Assembly: GCA_051362555.1 (NCBI GenBank)
Contig: CM120643.1
Coordinates: 12,808,644-12,872,643, forward strand
Reading direction: 5' to 3'
From: Lingula anatina
Lineage: Eukaryota; Animalia; Brachiopoda
Length of the DNA: 64,000 bases
Shown here: one piece after another, positions 22,258-55,004 of the stretch
How the letters are laid out: each line of letters begins with the position of its first letter
Position numbering within the stretch: the first letter of the stretch is position 1
The notes under the pieces: model-generated
Database searches by the model: none
Seen by the model: the letters and a program-made list of their open reading frames with translations, nothing else
What the model was told of the DNA's origin: nothing
Program-made: the position numbers and the translations under genes

Positions 22258-23589
22258 AAAAAGGATCGATTTCTAAGTATAATTTCTAAAGGAAACACGA
22301 TCGATCTAAAGTGCATCGTTTCAGTATGTTAAAATGTGTTTAAAAATCACAGAGAGAGAGAGAGAGAGAGTGAGACCATGTACAGTTTTCAACATATAGC
22401 ATCTGCGGTGCGAATGGATCTGGATCTTCGGCAGATTTTAAAATACGTCTCAGAGACCAGGAAAGCTTTAGTCAGGCGCACGTGCACTCTGCAGGATCTC
22501 GGCAAAGGTGTTTGCAGTTCTGAAATATCAAAATAACATTTAAATGGCGATATTTCAATCTCCGAAAGCAGAGAATCCGAATGTAGGTTGGCGATTTTAT
22601 CTTAAAATAAAGGTCTTAGCTTTTTAATTCGATTAAAGCTTTGATTTGCCTATGCTTACACATGGCAACGAAAAGAATATAAACGCCTATGTTTTCGATG
22701 TTTTTTCATCGTTTTAAAATCAGCACAAAGATAAATGTATTATTGAATAATTAGATAAAGGAAAACTCATTTTGGTATCTGGATAATAATAATGGGTTAC
22801 AAAGCTTTAGGGTGTAGCCAGCTAACATACACAAACAAGTCATCGTGAATAACTCTAATAGTTTTCTCTCATTAATGTTCCATTTGAAAATATGGAAATC
22901 TTTTTTAAAATACTGGTAAAACTAAATGCACTGTTATACTGATCAGTTTGTAATGTAGGCATCTTAGAAGGTTCACACTAATATATCAAGCACATGTAGC
23001 CTACTATGGAAGAGTTTAAAATACGAAATGTGTTCAGGTGACCTAATTACGTACAGTGAGTGACATTGAAGTGACAGCATCTGAGCACCAAAAATCAAAC
23101 TATCTAATATAACATTCTTCAGATTATATTTCTGTTTTTACTGGCAGCACGTGCTTTTCAAGATATTTAAAGATATCACTATGCAACTTTTCTCAAATCC
23201 AGTCAACTACTCAGGCCAACTTAAGTTAAAGTTTAGAACGAGTAAAATAATAAGAAATTGTTATCTGGTGGTTTGAACTCGTAAAAACATGAAAAGCTTT
23301 CACTCACATGACAAATTTGTTACAATTTTCGAAGCTGAATGAAAATTCCGCTCTGCGACTTCATCACACATATCAGCGTCCTGTCCTTACAGTGTGCAGC
23401 TGTCAAGTGACCAGTCAAGAAGATACGAGTAGTGCGCACTGCGCTGAGCGACTTTCTGTTATGCAAATTACAACGGGTTCGGCACATTTTGATTGAGGGG
23501 TTGCTGTTGAAATCATTTTCATTTGAATTATAGTCTGGTTTGTTTGAAGGCACAATAAGTCTCCATCTCTAAAGAGGATTAGACAGGAT

Positions 23590-23691
23590 CTAATTTCAAG
23601 AGGGGAATATTGGTGTGATATATTTTTCAGAAACCGAAGGGGGGGTCAGGACCCCCCTGACCCCCCCCCCCCCCCTCTAAATCCGCCAATG
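23590..23691 (+). mobile_element. Right-hand terminus of the same DNA element family as 18312
   Basis: aatttcaagagggga...ttggtgtgat...ttttcagaaa...ggggggtcaggaccccc...ctctaaatccgccaatg, homologous to 18475-18563 and to the reverse complement of 15388-15409. Confidence 0.6.
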
Positions 23692-24246
23692 CCTATATTT
23701 GTGCTAAAAATCAATCTTGCAAGAAAAATTGTAAAGAAATGGGGCTGGTGGCTTGGGCCCCTCCTCCCCCAAGCCCTTTATTTGGCAATTTCCGAAATAC
23801 AATTTCCGAAAAAAAGTGGACCCCATTCCTTAGTGGACCTTACTTGAGAATGACACAGAACCTAGGATAAATTTTGATGAAGAGAGGACCTTTTCTGCTG
23901 CCCTCTGCTACATGCATGTACCACTGAATTTTTTTGTACATATTTTAAGAAAAATACTTCTAAAGGTTTGTGACGCCTACGACCAGAAATTTCAACTTAA
24001 AACTGTAAAATATATCATCAGCACAATCGTACTAAATATTTCATTTAACTAGCCTTTTTCATGTGCGTGAGACCACCTTAATGTGATTATGTTGCACATA
24101 TATAGGGACTACAAAAGACGTGCCGTGCGGTTTTCACTTTGGCATTATTATCACACCGTGATATCAGTGTGGTGTGTCCGTCTCGCTTCTTGAGAAAGAC
24201 ATAATTTGGTTTTTATATGGAATGCCAGATGACCACCATAGCATAA

Positions 24247-24250
<4 letters not shown>

Positions 24251-24338
<88 letters not shown>
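24251..24338. repeat. Compound (TC)n-(TG)n microsatellite
   Basis: Direct reading. Confidence 0.95.
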
Positions 24339-24339
<1 letters not shown>

Positions 24340-24822
24340 AGGTTCTTAGTGAATATATGTACCTTTTAGATGGGAAGTGGGTTGTTTAGTTGAAAGTCTT
24401 TTCGTGTATCAAACCTAACTTATTAGTTTTCATATCGCATGTCTCGATAAATAAATAAAACACCAATGAGATTAAAATACACCAAGTATAGTAGTTGACA
24501 AAATCAATTAATGCGATATATAATTATCTTTTGAATAAAAAAATTAATTCCCTTTATTTTATATAAACATGTGCCCACCTTCACGTACGTTTTAAGTACG
24601 TTCGGCAATGAATAGTGTTAATATGATTGAATCGACGAAATTATTAATGGGAAATGTCTGCGCGCATTATTATGCCGGTACAAATGTAGCTGATCCACTG
24701 AGCTACTTCTAACATTGACTGAAAAGGACATTACACGCACCGTAGAATATATATGCCATCCGCGTGGGTTGGCTGACTCGGCGTAGTTATTGCGGTGCAG
24801 CACTGGTGTAGCTCGGACGTAT

Positions 24823-25158
24823 TGTTATTAAGCCGTATTCAGGTGTGCAAACAACACTCGTGTCCTTGGAGTTGTGCACCGTGTTGAGAGCTGGGAGTCG
24901 CCATTTTCGGAATTGGAGCTGTGATGTGAGAGGTTAAGCGTTACAGAAGGGAGGGATCCAGGTGCTAGGAGTCTGCATATTAAAAAGAGATAGAGAGAGA
25001 TAGATACCAGATTGGCTGCAGATGGTTCACGGTTGGTGGCCAGGTAGAGCGACGGCCAAATCATTAGTGGACGGACACTAGAAGGACCATGCCTTGACCA
25101 AGTTGATGATGACCTATCTGTCTCAACATCTCCATTATACTGACTATATAGCACAACA
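24823..25158 (-). mobile_element. Possible solo LTR (336 bp)
   Basis: GC-richer block bounded by TGTT...AACA. The minus strand has a CCAAT followed by a TATA-like ttttaatatg. No clean target-site duplication was found, so the call is tentative. Confidence 0.3.
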
Positions 25159-26121
25159 TACGTAGGTGATATTCTACACTGGACTGGTAGATGAAAGTTG
25201 GCCTCCGCATTCATTTTGTAGCAACGCTATATCAACGTCATTGGTTTACCTACTCCCAGCATCTTAAACAAGTTGGAGCTATATGAGAAATACTAAATGG
25301 GACGGGCTGACTTAACCCGTATAATATGAAATCAAACGGAACTTTGCTTCAGTAGAGTGTTTTCTTGAAGACTTGATACTTGTATACAGTACCTACTGTA
25401 TCCCTACTACACAGAGGAGCTGTACCGTAACGATAAAACGGGGGGATCAACAGGTTGGTCAGGTGCTACATGACAACGTGTGGCGTGGTGATTACTTGTA
25501 AGCATTGGCACTGATGGCCTTAGCCTGATCGTACCCAATCGTAAGCTAAAAAAAATTTTGAACTTCACCAAACGGGTCTGCCTCCCCTTGTCACGACGTG
25601 CACATGCAATAAACATAGTGACATAATTTTTGCATAAATAGTGCCTGCAAAAATTACTAAAAGCGAGATCGCTGTATTCATGCTAGAGATCCTGGACGCC
25701 AGAGACTGCAGAGTAATAGGCCTGGAAATTAACCAAACTTAAAGTGAAAGGTTGCTCTGGCAACGAGAGTTAACTGCAGGTAGCACCTGCATTGTAGGCG
25801 TACTGTAGGCAGTTTATATGACAACGAGTTAGTTCCTTCAATATCGTAGCTTATGCAGCAGCTACTGGGTGGTCTTTGTAGTATATTGTATTAATGTCTA
25901 AGTGACTTAATCCAGTGCCATATCATATGTGTTTGGTGCATATCGACTGTGTGCAATATGCAATGTTAGCCACCTAGGACGATTCTACTCATGATATATG
26001 GGACACGGATTTAACTGAATAGGCATTTCCGTTGCGGATCAGCCCATTTTTTTTATTTCATATACATTTATTTATTTATCGCACTCTATGATCAGTTACC
26101 CATGAAATAAACTGCAACAAA

Positions 26122-28320
26122 ATGTCTGATCGCGAGACTAAGACTGTCAAACCCCCGGATGCGACTCCGGCTTTTGACGATTCGGATTCCGATGTGTATT
26201 CAGACGCCTCCCCAGGACCAAATCCGGATCAAGATCTGGATCCTGAACCGAGTCCAGGCAAAAAGCCAATTCCGGCCGACTATTACAAAGTGCAAAATCC
26301 GGATGCGCCGCCGGATCATGGGGACCACAGTACAGGTGAAGAAGGACCGGATCCGGATTTGGATCCCCCTCTCCCGCCTCCTGTAGCATGGTCAAGGTCT
26401 TTTGACGATGTTTTCTCCTTTGTGGGAGGATTGGGCAGATACCAGCTACGAGTTCTATTTCTACTGTGGCCGGCTGGATTGCTGATCGTGCTTTCTCTGG
26501 ACAATATCGTTTTCTTGGAGCTCACGCCAAAACACAGGTGGGTTGATGAGAGCTAGATGTGTGAATAGTTTTAGTTTTTAGGGTGACGGCAGCTCAAAGT
26601 GCCTTATTTTTCTTCAACCACAGAATGTATTTTCTTGTTAGAATACTGTATGCGGAATTTTTGCTCACTTACATGCGTCTTTTCATTTTATTTAAAGACG
26701 ATCTGGGTTTTTATTCCATACATAGACATCTTCTTAAGATAAAATATACCCCTTCTCGAAAGTCACATATGTGGGCGAAATAACAATAAAATTGCATGGG
26801 ACTTATCACTCGGCTGAAACCAAGTGCAGGGAAATATTCTTTAAGACGCGTACGTGAATTCATAAGTAGATTAGTAAAGAATAGAAAATAATTTTATTTG
26901 TCACCAGTTACCACTCTAAGAACTCTGTTAGAATCCTTTTATAGTATTCTGGTTTTTTCGTGTATAGAAATTTGAATTCTTCAATAATTTATCCATGCTC
27001 TTTGCAGTAAATGAGTTTTGTACGTGTTTACCAAACTGGTGGTATTATGGCATACAGTGTATAAAGATAGAGAGAATCGTTTCAGTGATCTCGTATTCTG
27101 GCCATTTTATACACATTTCACACACGAGGTTTGTGGTTGACCACGGTTATAAGATACACCCTGGATTTCGCTGCCCTTTTTTCGCCAACTTCACTCTATA
27201 ACAAGCACGTCATTTCCAATGGCAAATAGCTAGGATATGGTGATTGTAGATGAGAGGAGAGTTTTTGATAGAATGAAACTCGTGGTGCTTCTAGAGGACT
27301 AGACCTATAGAAAGATTCTTTGGCTGCATATCAAGTTCTGCGTGAATTTACACATTGTGTTAATAGTACTTAACATTGTCATTTGTGATAATGACAATTG
27401 CCAATTAATTAATTTGTCATAATTTTCTTTTATATTTTATGACCGCTCCTGCCATAGACGATTACGTGAATCTGAATTTATTTAAGAATTATAAACAATT
27501 AAGGTATAAACCAGTGAGTTAAAATAAATGAAACAAAAGTAAATAAAGTAAACTCTATACAATACAGAGCATTTAGGTATAACTAGAGAGCCGTCTATTT
27601 TTGTTATTCAGATGTCGTCTGCCCGGTTTGCCCAATGACACATATGCCATCCAAGGCCCATGGCACGAGGCGCTCGTGAAGAAGACCATTCCAGTGACCT
27701 CTAGTGGCGAGTACGACAGTTGCAATATGAATCTGGAAGGTGACGGTGTAGTGGCGTGTAACAACTGGGTTTATGACGAGGCTTTTTTCACACAGACCTA
27801 TACTACAAGGGTATGTATTCAGACTCGTTCAACCCTCCCCTGCACAGTCTAATGATGGAAACGTTTTTTCACGATAATGGACTATTTTTTCCCCTTTTTT
27901 AAGGTGGAGCATTAAGCGCGAAGAAGTAAAGCAAGCAAACAAAATAAATAAACAACAAACAAACAAACAAACAAACAAACAAAAATGTATAGGGTGTTCC
28001 ACATAACGTTTTACTTTTCTATAAGTTCTGAAGAATCTACCAAAATGTGATGTCACAGACGGATGAACATTCCATTCCATTCCATTGTCTCGCCCATAAA
28101 AAACAATTATCCAATTAAAAATATCCACATTTTCCTTGAATAAACTTTAAATATGTCCAAATTTCTTGAATAAACTTTGAATATTCCCTACTTTTCCAGT
28201 TCAACTTGGTATGTGCCCAAGACTACATCGTGTCCCTAACAACGATGACGTTTTTCCTGGGAGCATTCTGTGGTTCCATACTGTCTGGGTACTTGGCTGA
28301 CAGGTGAGGCTGAGATAGAA

Positions 28321-28373
<53 letters not shown>

Positions 28374-29655
28374 AGAAACTGTGTCCGTCATAACACAGAA
28401 CGATATATTTATATTTCCTTAATAACACAATAATTATAATCCCAACATATTTTATCAAACCGTCATTAAGTAGTATTACATCTTATTAAATTTAATTTCA
28501 TTCAAATGTCTTAACTGCTTAAATTTCAGATTTGGCAGGAAACCAGTTCTGATGGCAAATATACTGATATTTGGAATCGTCGGTTTTACCTCAGTGTTCA
28601 TACCTTCGTGGGAGTGGTATATAGGCATTCGTTTTATCTTAGGGGCAGTTACCATGGGAACTGTTCCAGAAACATTAGGTAAACGCTTTAGCTTACACAC
28701 GCGTGAAAGGCAATATAATGGATTTCTAAAAAATTAACACACAAAAAACACATCTGTTTACTTAAAATGTGATCTTTACTGTAGTTTTTTGGCAGTCCAA
28801 AGTAAATAGTTACATAAAACTTATTGTTCGTGTGTTCGTTTGTTTTATTGATTGTACTATCTTGATTTTGTTTCAGCACTCGAACTCGTAAGCCCCGCTA
28901 AACGGATGCTGGTTGGGAGTCTCATGCACGTGTTTTTCATCTTTGGTGGCCCTCTACTGGCTGGACTCGCCGCCATCACAAGAAACTGGCAATATTTAGA
29001 AATTGTCTGTGCTGCACCGGCGTTCCTTATTCTATGGTTATTTTGGTATGTGGTGTTTAATTTATGTCACGAATAAATATGTGAATGTAAGGGATCTTTT
29101 AGATTAAATCAAACGTTTTATTTTTGCCAAAGGAAAAACGGACACTTACCTATTAACAAAATAATTAGTTTGGCTTATATGTATTTGTGTCTTCCATTTT
29201 TCTTTCTCTTCTTCTATTTTCTAAAAGTCGGGAGATTCATAATAAAATATTTTCAGAGCTGGCATGCAAAATTTTGAGTTTCATTTTTAGCTATATTCCG
29301 GAGTCTCCCCGATGGCTTCTCACCGCAGGGCGGCGCCAAGAGGCTGATCGAATATTACGTCACATGGCGCGTGTCAATAGCCGAGCTGTCAGCGAGAAGA
29401 TCCTTGAAGAGGTGGAGGCGAGCGCTGAGACTAAGGGTGGAGGAGCATTCCCGTGGAAGGAAATGAGACAGTCTCCAAAACTACTGCAGTATCTTGCGGT
29501 GATAGGTGTTATATGGTAGGCTCCTAATATAGTCGGTTTTTGTTTCATTATTTAATGAGTTGCTTAAACAATTGAAAGGATTTGAGACTAAAAACTGGAA
29601 ACGGACATGAATGCATAGAAATGCGCTTCACTTACAAAAAAAAATAATAAATAAA

Positions 29656-29686
<31 letters not shown>

Positions 29687-31614
29687 ATAACTTACGCCTT
29701 TCTAACCCATGCTTTTCCCCTCCAGGTTACTGCTAAACCTTGTCCACTATGGCCTGATCTTCAACTTGGTGAACATTCCGGGCAACATATTCTTGAATTT
29801 CTTCCTGTACACTCTTTTGGACATCCCGGGCTTCGCCATGGCGTTTACTGTGAACCTGTACGGCAGAGAGACGCCGTTCGTGGGCTTAACTCTCGTCGGT
29901 GGCATGGTTTTACTTACCTGTGTCTTTGTAGATTTGTTCGTGCCAAGTGAGTGTGATTTCTTTCCTTTTTTTTTGGCTTGACCGTCAGTCTGTAAAACTC
30001 AAGGTGATACGAAACTTGGAATAGTATGACTGGCAGTCGAGCGGCACGTTTACACTATGTAATAGTTTTTTTTTCGATCCCAGAAGACCACGATATGATT
30101 GCTGATGTTATTTTGTTATTATAAATAAAATAAACGATTCGAAGCAGTTTATTTTTAGGATTTTGGTCATTCATTTATTGATTAATGAACTAATTGCAGA
30201 TGCATGACAGCATATTGTCTAACAATTTGATAAATAGAAGAACATTTTACATCTTTCAGTGATAACTTTTTTTCATAATTATTCCAGGTAACATTTCCAT
30301 GTATTTAATTATTGGATTATCATCGGGTGCCAGACTCTCTGTATCCGCCACCTACACCATCATAGCGCTATGGAGTGAAGAGATCTTCCCTACCGTTATA
30401 CGGAACTTCTGTATGGGACTGGTTAGCTTTGCTGCTAGTATTGGAGCTATGGCGGCGCCATTTATATCGGTAAGTGTGTGCTTAAGTGCGTGTGTGTGGG
30501 TGTACGTGTTGCACGTTTGCGTGCGTGGTGGTACGGTGAAGAGGGGGGGGGGGGTATTTATAAATGCATGAGTATTTGCGGCGTGTCCGCGTATCGAGTG
30601 TGCATAAAAAAGTCCATAAATCTAGCTATTAGAGCATCCCTCGATCTGCAAAATGGGACCTTTTGGTTTACGTTTTGAAAAAGAAAATTATCGTTATCCC
30701 CACATAAAAAATTGGAACAAGAAATTATTTTGTTTCCAGCGGGGTGTGTTCTCAAAGGCTCTGGCTAACGGCTCCATGGTGTTGGGTCTATATGGGACTG
30801 GGATGGTTGTAGCTGGGATACTGGCCACCTTATTCCTCCCAGAGACAGCCTACAGGAAACTACCCGATACTATAAAGGAGGCAGAAAACTTGTACGTATT
30901 GCAACTGTTTCTTTTTTCTGTTTAATAAAAATGCTTAGTTTGGTTATTTTTTTACCATCACGAATGATACTGGTCTGCAAAAAATTGAGATCCTTTCAAT
31001 AACGAGAGAGAAAGACTGTGGTCTAAACACGTTACTGCTGCTGCCGTTCCGCCCAAGGGCAAAGGATGATGGTGACGATGATTACGTTTTTAGAGTAAGA
31101 TGACTTATGTCATACATTGGCTGGATAATTACTGCTTTTAATTATTATTTCTTCCTTTTTTCATTCACCCTCACCCTCTCTTAATGACCGTGTTACTCCT
31201 TTTCACTATTTTTCTTTCATTTTTGTTAGACTCATAATATATACAGTGTATTTTGAAATATATTTTCAATTTGAAGCGACACTTTACTTAGATGCTGTTC
31301 TCGAATTTTAAAATGCAAATAGGGGTTTACTCTCAGGTCTACTGTGCAATTTAGGACTTTCTGTAAAGGCATCTTTAAAAGACATGCAAAAACAGTTGGC
31401 CGTTTTGATTCGCACACTTTCGTATTGTTTTAGCGGCTTGTACTCTTCGCCGACCGAAAACGACGAGATGTTAGACGCGGAGGATGAAGATGAAAAACAA
31501 CCAGTGGTACCTAGAAGAAAGAGATCCTTTATAGAGATGAAAGAATCGAACACGAAAAATTACAATACTATAGCATCATATCCGCAACCCAGTGCCAAGA
31601 ACCTGGATGGCTGA
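26122..31614 (+). CDS. SLC22-family (MFS) organic cation/zwitterion transporter-like protein, 665 aa, 10 coding exons
   Basis: Exons 26122-26537, 27612-27810, 28200-28303, 28530-28678, 28877-29045, 29291-29515, 29726-29946, 30288-30469, 30740-30891, 31434-31614. GT-AG, 1998 nt, open. Motifs FDDVFSFVGGLGRYQ, HRCRLP, CNNWVYD...FNLVC, GYLADRFGRKP, ELVSPAKR, IPESPRWL, EIFPTVIRN, FLPET...LPDTI. Confidence 0.93.
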
Positions 31615-34445
31615 AAAAGGGATTATTTCTTGAATATACATGTACTTATGTTGTTGTTACTTTTAACAAAGGGCGGTTATTCCTTTTATGCGTAGTGTGA
31701 ATTATGTGGAAGCGTTTTTTTCACTCCTTCAAACATCTTAAATTTAAATATTTGTGACCAAGAACAGCCAAATCAGCAACAATCTTATTCTTTTTGATAA
31801 AGAATTTCATGAGTTGGCTATAAATGTTGCATGGTTTAATTTCTTTTCAACAGTAGAAATGTTGAATACGAAACCGCTGGTTGTTCGGGGCTTCGAAAAC
31901 CAGTGACAAAAGTGAAATATAAAGCGCAATACCAAACTAGTTGATATTTATTCAAGGCATTGGGAGCGAATTATTGGCGTAAAATTCTCCGTGACAACGA
32001 ATATCTACGTTACACTGTACCTTTCACCCCTCGCTCAAAACTCTGTATCCTAATGCTCTTTTATGACTTCGTTCAGATCGATTGCAATTCATTTGACTTC
32101 CCTCGAAATAAAGAGCATGTTGGATCCGACTCACAAAGTTGCATTTTTCATTAAACACGGGCGAAAATTCAAAGCTCGTTTCCCCATCAAATTCAATAGA
32201 AGTCCATGACAATATACCTTAAAGTGATATACACCGTCACTTATACGAAAAAAAACAATTTATATTGGAATGTAGAAGCCTGTGTATTTTGCCTTAAATA
32301 AAATTGTTGCACAATGAGTTAGTCTGCCAAGTTCACATGAGATCGAATATGGAAATATTTAAAATTGAAAAAGGTGCCTACTATCTCCAAAAGGGTACCA
32401 AAATGGGAAACTAAACCTTGAACTCCAGCATATGACAGAGTGGAACTATTATGCTAAAAACAAACGATAAAATCTTAAAACTGCAGACCACAAACCTCAC
32501 AGTGGTGCTTCTTTCAAGCAGTAAAACGCCAATAACATCGAGGCCACTTCAAATATCCTTTTTTGAAATGATTAAACCATGAAGAGCAATTAGCCTGCGG
32601 TTGTTTATACATGCAACTTACTATTATTTGAAAAATAATTTCCAGTAATAACACTTAAAAATTATTTAAATAATTCACATAAGCTTTTATACAGTGGGTA
32701 TTCACGAAAATCATACGGCCTACAAATGTACATACATTACTCTATTCTCTTAAAAAAGTGGACTTACTGCGATAAAGAAAGATGTAATATCAAAAACAAT
32801 TATTCTTTCTAACCATATAAAAAGTGGCCATCTGGTTTTCATTAACACAATATTTCACAAAATCTGCGTCCCTTTCTTTGGGATATCGTAATTACATTTT
32901 TCATACAATAAAAACACAAAGAAAACAAGAAAATATACTATTGACCATTACCAAAGAAGCACCAAGCAACTTACACGTTCACAACGACAGCACCAATATT
33001 TCTGACAACAAAATCTCCTATATACTCAAACACAAGTAACAACATTTGCATTGTTTTTACGCATCACACTCTGCTCTTTTTACACAATCCTTGTAAAAAT
33101 ATTATTTTACTGTCCCTATTCACAGACACTCACTAAAATCAGATTAAGTTATGAGATAGTAATTAAATGTACCACTGAAAGATCAAGGAATTATACCTAT
33201 GATATAATTCCCTGGAAACATACCCAAGTCTAGTTGAAACTATAATAACAAAAGCACAAGTAGCCCGCTGATATCCCATTCCTTGCCAAACTATATGTTA
33301 ATTTTTTCAAAGAAAACTCAGTTTTCTGGCATATTTATCAATATCCTTACTTTTCCCTTATATAATTTTACTGTAAGTTATTAAAACATATATTGCACCC
33401 TTACCTAGTAGTGTTGCAAATGTTTGTATAAATTTTTTAAAAAATGATAAGAAAGATTATCAAAATTTAAACTATTTTGGTTTCAACCACAAAGTCCCCT
33501 AAAACTTAAAATGATAGCCAGAACTTAATGCCTAATACTAAATTATGTGTCTATTGGGTCAAGTGATATTGGGATGTTTTAATCCATACTCTTAAGGTAA
33601 ATGCACAAAGAAATGAAAAAAAATATAGGAAATAAAAACATGCAAACAAATAATGAGCAAATGAAGTGTACAATGACTGGCGACCTCACTGCAATATAGG
33701 ACGCAATATACGTTCTAACTACATTTAATGAAAACCAGAAAAGATAACTTTCCCATAATGCAGCAGTGGCAACATCTCGAATGGAATGCGTTTGGTGTGA
33801 AAAACACTACAGAATACATTGCACTAGAAGTGACAGACATTCTGTCAAGCTAAACTGCATATATTCAATATCTTATTTTTAAGTCAAAACTTAAAACCAA
33901 AAACAACATTTTTGAAGACCAGCTTCATAATCCACCAGTGGCCTTACATTTAGCACCACAGCAAATAACCTACTAAAGCCAAAGACCACTCACACTCAAG
34001 GGACATGACCTTTATATTTAAATGACTATAAAAACCTAGCATAAAAATTTTTTGGATGCATAGCACCTTTCATCAAAACTGTGATCTTGTTTTCTTCATT
34101 TTTCTCCTCATTTTTTCTTCAGTTTAATTAAAGTTTATAACTTACAGTGTTTCTGCAAACAATTGCTCTTGAAATTGCAGTGTTTTCTAAAAGAGACCTG
34201 CTACCATATTGGGTTTTATTGTGGTAGAGATAACTCCAGTTAAATTTAATAAAAGCCTAATTTTCCTATAAAAGAAGACAGAGATTTTTGCTGAGGAATG
34301 GACAAATAAGATGGAGTTTATATTTCATAATCTGCGCGAATTCTTCATCCTCAAAAGGATCAAAAATGTGTGCAAATAATCTTCCTGTGCGTCAATTATA
34401 TGTGATCATCAAAATTCACCGGTGTCTATAAATACCCACATGTCA

Positions 34446-53101
<18,656 letters not shown>

Positions 53102-54998
53102 TTTAGATTAAAAATAAGTTTCTTCGAATAAAATATACACAGCTGTATAAAAACAGTACTAGTTGCCACGTTAAGCACAGTCTTGAGAAGCTAGACAAAA
53201 CACGATGTTTACTTTGTCTCCTTTCACATAACAAGTCTACTCTGAGACTACAGGATCCGTGTCCTCGTTTAAACTTGCTGCATGTCCCTACTGGGTCAAT
53301 TTGGTTGAATTACCGAGACAATTACGTATTTTTCTGTCACTAATCCGACTGATCAAAACCTCACATCTTGGTGGTAGTCATAATTTCCGTGTTGGAGGAA
53401 TATAAGAGTTAGTCACCCTCACACGGCAACCATGGCTTCTCAGACAAAAAGGTAATCAACACTAATCATAATGCTACGGGTGCGACAGCAGGTGCGCACT
53501 TCTACTGGCGGCGCAACAACTGCAATCACAAGGAATTCTCCTTACTGAGAGGCAAGGACAATATCCTTTTCCAAAACAAAAAGCCCACAAAAATATTAAA
53601 ACACTGCATTAAGCGAGCCAAAATGTTCCAATTTTACAAGTGGACTAAAGTACATAAAAGACGCTTATTAAAAGGATAGATCAAACAAACATTTAAGCAG
53701 GATGCAAATTCATATGGATTCTATTGTAGGCTTTGGTTCGAAGGATCATATTGTTTTAGGGCAAAGGCATAACAAATGGTAATTGAACCATTGTTGTTGA
53801 TGTTCTTGGTCTATATTTTTTCATTCGAAGTTCAAGCAAAACCAACACTCCATGCAATAATTGAAAATGTCTTTCTATCATCAGACACTGCTACTTTTTA
53901 AATCCACAGAATATTAAGAAAGAATGGTATAAAAATAGCACTGGTGCTGAGTTCACTTATGTGCCGATATTTAATGACATTTAGTGGGTTTCATTCCATG
54001 CTTTTTTGGTCCTGAAACCCAAGAGTTTTAGGTAAATGAAAAAAACTAATTAAAAACAACGATTTTAAGAAAAAATAAGGCCACCATTCTAACTTGAAGT
54101 GTTATTGGGTCCAATTAATTACTAGAATGTGTTTGAGGATAACAAATAACATTGTTTTCCTCTTAGTGTTAAAAATGGCAGTGCACAAAAAAGGTTTTTT
54201 GTCCAATTTGGTGCAATATTATGTAATACTCAACAGTATATATGATCACCCCCGATTTTAAATTATATACTATTACTGTGGACAACCAACACTGCATTTT
54301 TTCAAGGAAAATGGTCAAATAAATTTGATGAACTTTACGTGTATTGTGTTGTTATGAATCACTCAAGTAATTTTGAAGTGATAATTAAGTCACATAGTTA
54401 TCCACTTATTGAGTCAATTGGGAGACGCGCTTTATAAAAAGTGGCACTAACTTAATAAATTCAGTTATTCACTATGTTCCTACTAGCAGAAATTTGCAAA
54501 CAGTAGATTAACTGTTATCGAAACCTGTAAAAATGTGTCTTAAAACTTATGGGGACATCTTTTTTTTAAGTCAGCTGGTCCAATGAAATGTTACCAATTT
54601 ATATTCACATAATTTAATCAAATGATAACTTTAAAAAGTTAAAAAAAAACATCTTTTTTAGGAAATTTTGTTCTTGATCATCTTATTCATAATTGGTTTT
54701 TATGTGTATATCTTGCATCTTAATTTTTTGCCATAATTTACTTTTATGTCTTGGGAATTGTGGTATCAAGTACTGGTATTTGTTTTTACATGAAGTCTAC
54801 TGAATATTTTATAAAATGGATTTCAGACTTAAATATATTTTTATTTTAAGTGCATGATGATGACAACACCAGACAAAGGTAACGTCTTTACGTGCAGACA
54901 CGCTGTCTGTAAAATAAATAAATAAATAAATAAATAAATAAAATAATGATAATAAAATTTAAAAGAAACAAGAACAAGACTTCTCAGTTTCTACTACT

Positions 54999-55004
54999 TT
55001 TATT
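54999..55004 (-). terminator. Candidate distal poly(A) signal of RBM12
   Basis: AATAAA on the minus strand, followed ~20 nt later by a U/GU-rich tract (tcttgttcttgtttctttt). It would imply a ~4.5-kb 3' UTR. Other AATAAA hexamers occur nearby. Confidence 0.35.

Noticed and set aside
24828-25214. 128-aa minus-strand ORF
   Set aside because: No recognisable domain; it coincides with a probable repeat or LTR-like block.
53432-53457. Plus-strand aaccATGGCTTCTCAGACAAAAAG|gtaatc resembling the first exon of a gene divergent from SNX16
   Set aside because: Only 20 coding nt, and no downstream plus-strand exons were recognisable before RBM12.
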